A stretch of 63,710 nt of DNA, the filler included, from Perkinsus chesapeaki ATCC PRA-425 (Eukaryota > Protista > Perkinsozoa): the NCBI GenBank assembly GCA_013115145.1. It is 4 parts of 4 records of this genome, joined end to end, with 100 filler letters (N's around TTAATTAATTAA, not from the genome) between each part and the next. Parts side by side here need not be neighbours in the genome. Positions count along the whole stretch, not along the records: positions 53,587 to 62,103 come from JAAPAO010000971.1; positions 62,204 to 63,710 come from JAAPAO010001927.1; 2 more parts are not named here. One strand, given 5' to 3'. The notes beneath the pieces are model-generated. The model was not told the DNA's origin. It made no database searches and saw only the letters and a list, made by a program, of their open reading frames with translations. A program made the translations under genes and the position numbers. Numbering within the stretch: position 1 is the first letter of the stretch; every line of letters starts with the position of its first letter. Below are positions 59,508 to 63,710 of the stretch, one piece after another.

Positions 59508-60772
59508 TGATTAGGTTTTGTCTGAGTGGAGCCTATCACAAAGCCTTCTCGAACATCCCTTGTCTGTTTGATAAGATAGTACCAAAAGATCTCCCAAAGA
59601 AGGAACAACGGAAACTGAAGGAAAACATGTGGTAGGTTTGTGGAGGAAATGGATCGGGTTGGATACGTTGCGTTATACTTCCCCGACCCTAGTGGTCCAC
59701 TCGTTGTGGAGTGATGCTTTCAGCATCCTCTGATGGTTCGGGGCTGACTCGATCGAGCACATGCTTGATGATTGTGTCGTTAAGGTACACTTGCTGGCAC
59801 ACTTTCACAAGTTGTTATGGCGGCTACGTCCTCTACCACGAGAAGTGGTTCAGCTTCCACAGGCTCTTCACCGACCCCGTGGGGATGTTGTTCGCGGATC
59901 CTGATATCTCCGACAGGTCTATTGCGGTACCACTCTCATCATCGGCTCCCTTTGATTTGATCGATTATTCTTTTCAGTTGGAGCGCTATTACCTTGTGGA
60001 GATCAGTTTCTGGTGCAGCTGTCTCGCATTCATTGTAGGACATCATTCGTCACGGCTCTCATGGCTCGGTTCAGATGATCGAGACGATTCGTTCGGATTT
60101 CTACCAGATGATTTTCCATCATTTTGTTACCATCAGCCTTATGGTTGGCAGTTTCTGTAAGCCCAGGGATGACAGTTCGCTCACACATTACTTGTTCGGC
60201 AGATTTGGGTTACCACCGCATTGGCATCACCGTTGTCTTCATCCACAACATCAGCGATGTGCCTCTGTACTTCGCGAAAACTCTCGGTTATCTCGCTGAT
60301 AAATACACTTGTAAACATCTTCCCGACTTGTATAGTGTGAAGTGTTGTCTTTTTCAGGGCTTAAAGGGCCGACGAATGTTGCCTTTGCGTACTTCGCCAT
60401 CAGCTTCTACGTCATGCGCCTGTATGTCTACCCCAAGACTTGTGTTATTCCCGCTTGCACTTACGGTAATACAAACCGAGGCGGTCGATCGAAGTTCTTA
60501 ACTCAGCTTGCGACTACAAGCGTCCCTTGTCGGACTGCATACTGGCTCTGCTCCTCGTTCTTTTACAGTGCCTGCATTTATTATGGGCAAGCATGATCGC
60601 TAGGATGGTGTACAAGACGCTTAGGGACCATGACGTTCTGGCGGTAAGTAAACCAGATTCGCTCATCTTTTATTTTGGCTTGCTTCAGGAGGGCGACATT
60701 CGCAGTGATGATGAGGGTGAGAACACACCGGCCAGTGAGAAGCCCATTGCTCACAAGAGGAAAGTACAATAA
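59508..60772 (+). CDS. LAG1: Ceramide synthase (LAG1/CerS, TLC domain), multi-exon; 5' end not resolved
   Basis: RKLKENMWYTCWH; LERYYLVEISFW; RSDFYQMIFHHFVTISLM; RIGITVVFIHNISDVPLYFAK; FYVMRLYVYP; LQCLHLLWASMIARM; EGDIRSDDE. Confidence 0.9.
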
Positions 60773-61191
60773 ATTCTCCAAGATGCTACTGTACAATATA
60801 ACACCAGACGCAACAGTGCTGCAAGCTCTGTAAGGGCTAAAAGGACTATGACTGTTCTATTAGAAACACATATGATTTTGCCGATGAGTGGCTGCGATAA
60901 CTGAATAATAATATTGGTTGCTGCTTTTCTAATTTCAAATTGTTGCGTTATCCAAGTTGAGATTTCACCCGATTCAAAGAAGACTTGAGAGCACCGCGGA
61001 AGATACAAAAACTCTGGTAGGCGTTCGAGAAGTGTAACTTTCAACCTCACCGACGTGAACAATAGCTCAGGGAAATGGTCAAGAGTTAATTCGGTCTTCG
61101 GACCTAGTGCATTATTATTGATAGAGGAATCACGGATCATGGGGCCCATTCGGAGTCTCCGAAGTGCCATCATCACCTTACACTTGTACAC
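60751..61191 (-). CDS. Hypothetical small protein
   Basis: ORF with ATG (MMALRRLRMGPMIRD...); no family recognised. Confidence 0.3.
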   Translation of the reverse strand: MYKCKVMMALRRLRMGPMIRDSSINNNALGPKTELTLDHFPELLFTSVRLKVTLLERLPEFLYLPRCSQVFFESGEISTWITQQFEIRKAATNIIIQLSQPLIGKIICVSNRTVIVLLALTELAALLRLVLYCTVASWRIYCTFLL

Positions 61192-61559
61192 GCATACGCA
61201 TTGCCGAATGCGACAGCAGTTGGATACCTACACTCTATCACCTTCCAGTTTCTCTATTTTGATTGCCTATAGCAATGGTACAGAACGAGCTAGACTTACT
61301 ATATGAGGGCATTATATCTGTATAGGAATGCACATTTTCGTGATGATGGTACTACAAACTTGGATACTCGCTGGATGCACGACGGAGCTTATCTATTCTG
61401 ATTAGCTTCAGTGAGAGCGACAACCTCGCTCAAAAAAGGTATTCCTTGACAACTCAACAATTTCATGATATATGAGAACGTGATTGCGTGGGGAATCCTA
61501 CCTCTCTGTACAACAATGCACAGAAAGAATTCTTTGGAACCCTTAACTCAATTACAAAA

Positions 61560-62103
61560 CTAAGACTGAGAACTGACACCAGCAGTAGGCTGGGCAGTGC
61601 TAGTCGTAGTAGCCGGTTGAACTGTAGTTGACGTCACAACCTGAGGTTGGCCATACTGCGGGAGCTGCACGTTGTAGGTGCCAAACGAGGGAACACCGAA
61701 TCCAGCACCAGGGTAGCCACCAGCATAAGAGTATGTAGCAGACGGGCCGGCTGTTGCGTAGGTAGCGGGTTGACCACTAGTTGAAGGACCAGAAGTAATA
61801 TACTGAACAGTCTGGGAGGGAACGTAGGATCCCGTCTGAGTCGTCACATACTGCGGGACGTAGGAGGTAGTCTGAGCAGGTACATAGGAACCAGCTTGGG
61901 CAGCCTGTTGTTGTTGCTGCTTCTTCTGTTCGGCTTCCTGCTGTGCTTGAAGCTTAGCCATCTTCTCAGCCATCTCCTTCTGAAGCTTCTGCTGCTGAGC
62001 CTGCATACAAAGCTGGCTGGCGGTGGCCTGAATCTGCATTCGCTGTTCTTGAGCACGTTGCTCGATCTCCATTCGTCGCTGCTGGTGCTGTTGGTCGAGA
62101 GCG
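61560..62103 (-). CDS. Gln-rich coiled-coil protein with Tyr/Thr/Gly-rich repeat tail, 5'-truncated at the linker
   Basis: ALDQQHQQRRMEIEQRAQEQRMQIQATASQLCMQAQQQKLQKEM..., then GSYVP motifs; open from the scaffold edge. Confidence 0.75.
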
Positions 62104-62205
62104 NNNNNNNNNNNNNNNNNNNNNNNNNNNNNNNNNNNNNNNNNNNNTTAATTAATTAANNNNNNNNNNNNNNNNNNNNNNNNNNNNNNNNNNNNNNNNN
62201 NNNTC

Positions 62206-63710
62206 GCTATTGTGGTCCAAGCCTGTCCGGCCGAGTCCTATCAGCAAGTCTATGTCTCCTGGAGTCGCCTTAAGCAAGGCCAAGGAGAAACTTTGGACGA
62301 CTTCCTCTACAAGGAAACTCAGGCTTATCGACGCCTACAACGGGCAGCCGATTACTATCGAGCTGCGCCTCCCACTTCTTATCAACGTGCTGTGGTTCTT
62401 CTCACTAATGTTCAGAAGACTTTGCAAGCTGCCTTTTCGGAATTCCTCCGGCGCGAGGGCATCGACCCCCGCTCGGTGACTTATGACTATGTGGTACAAT
62501 GGCTCCACACTTATGATACTTCGGTGGCAGCGAAATTCCCTTGGGAAGGAGGCTCTGATAATTCCAAGTCTACCTCTCCGTCCAAATGGGACAATTGGTA
62601 TAAAACTCCTACCTCTGGGAAGGTTTCCTCCTGGGATAAGGCTGACAAGAAGCTTCCCAAGAAGGACGTGGATTCTCCCAAGACCTCCAAGGAGGCATCT
62701 ACCTATAACGCCAGTGGTTCCGAAACTGCTCGGGCTACGGTTGGTTCCCTCACTAAGGTTATCTGCGATTATTGCCACAAGCCTGGTCATGATTCATCTA
62801 AATGCTGGGCAAAACACCCTGAGCTTCGCCCGAAGGGCAAGAAGACCTATGAAGTTCGTTCGTATGTGAACCCTTATGCCTTGTTGAAGGGCTTCAAGGT
62901 TTTGGTGCGTCATCTATATGGTGGGCAATATGTCGAGAGTCCTATTTATTTGGTCCCTGACACTGGTTCTAATGATACTATCTTCCCCGCTTCGTTCGTG
63001 GCTGCCTTGGGTGCTGGTGCGACCCCGACTCGGTCTCGTAAGGTCTGTGGTGTTGGTGGTTTCACGAAAGATGTGAATCAGGAGGCTGTTATTACTCTTA
63101 AGATTGGTGGTAAGGCTTGCACTCTCACCGGTGTTGTGTTCCCCGATGACCTCATGCCTGGTATCCCCGTTGTGCTTTTGGGTTGGGGTGCCATGGTGAA
63201 AATGCGTGCTAGCGTCTGCGTGCATGACGCGACTATTTCTCTTGGTGATTTGGGCCTTACTCTTCCTTTACAGGAACTACCTGATGCTTATGATGCTTTA
63301 CCGGTACATGAACGCCGTGTACAAGATCTTATCTGCTCTGGTCGACAGGAGCGCGTGGAGAAACGTCTTGTTCCTAAGAACATAGGTGGTGACACCCCTA
63401 GTGTTGACCCCATGGTAACTCAGAAAAGGGATCGTTTTAAGAATCCTCCCCCTATGATTATGTCGGCTATGTGTATTTCCACTATGGATGTGGAAGCTCA
63501 GCATCGCTATGTGCGCGAGCGCATGAGCACTTGGCAATGGCCAAAGGCCACTGCTACGGTTCGGTCTGGTGTGGCTGTCCCTAAACCTCGCGCTTATCCT
63601 CCTAAGACCGCTGATGAGGAGCAAGCTATGGAGGCTATTCTTAAGGACATGGTAGCGAAGGGCGTCTTGGATCCCATCGACCCTAGCTATCCTAAGTTCG
63701 ACCAGATCTA
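62206..63710 (+). mobile_element. Ty3/gypsy-like LTR retrotransposon gag-pol, partial, one uninterrupted frame
   Basis: 501 stop-free codons: capsid-like WSRLKQGQGETLDDF, zinc knuckle CDYCHKPGHDSSKC, protease LVPDTGS...VCGVGG...VVLLG, RT lead-in PKPRAYPP...ILKDMVAKGVLDP; open at both ends so absent from the ORF track. Confidence 0.9.

Overview
Intron-rich eukaryotic (protist) genomic DNA. A Perkinsus-like alveolate is the most likely source, inferred from short GT-AG introns, compact genes and a near-match to the recalled Perkinsus spliced leader; this is not proven. The window is four unrelated scaffolds joined by N44-TTAATTAATTAA-N44 linkers (28202-28301, 53487-53586, 62104-62203), so adjacency across linkers means nothing. 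Scaffold 1 (1-28201): tRNA-Thr and tRNA-Ile genes, two full papain-family cysteine protease genes plus one fragment, a dead hAT transposase, and a ~10.5 kb ATAD2/Yta7-like AAA+ bromodomain gene. Scaffold 2: a mucin-like repeat gene, a beta-propeller gene, a WD40/ankyrin/TRP-like channel, a KIAA1324/ELAPOR-like membrane protein, proteasome alpha4 (PSMA7) and a large unidentified locus. Scaffold 3: a small GPI-type mucin, a bacterial-like formyltransferase, a LAG1 ceramide synthase and a Gln-rich protein. Scaffold 4: an open Ty3/gypsy gag-pol that the ORF track missed. Most striking signal: about 20 chained palindromes with a 1-nt centre. Nine are exact 22-bp structures T[1-7] + revcomp(T) + T[2-8] for an 8-mer T. 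That is the scar predicted when an 8-bp-TSD (hAT-type) element excises through flanking hairpins and the two P-nucleotide tails anneal, giving a net +14 bp. Deleting 14 nt from one of them repairs the hAT transposase reading frame. All exon boundaries were read by eye and are approximate.
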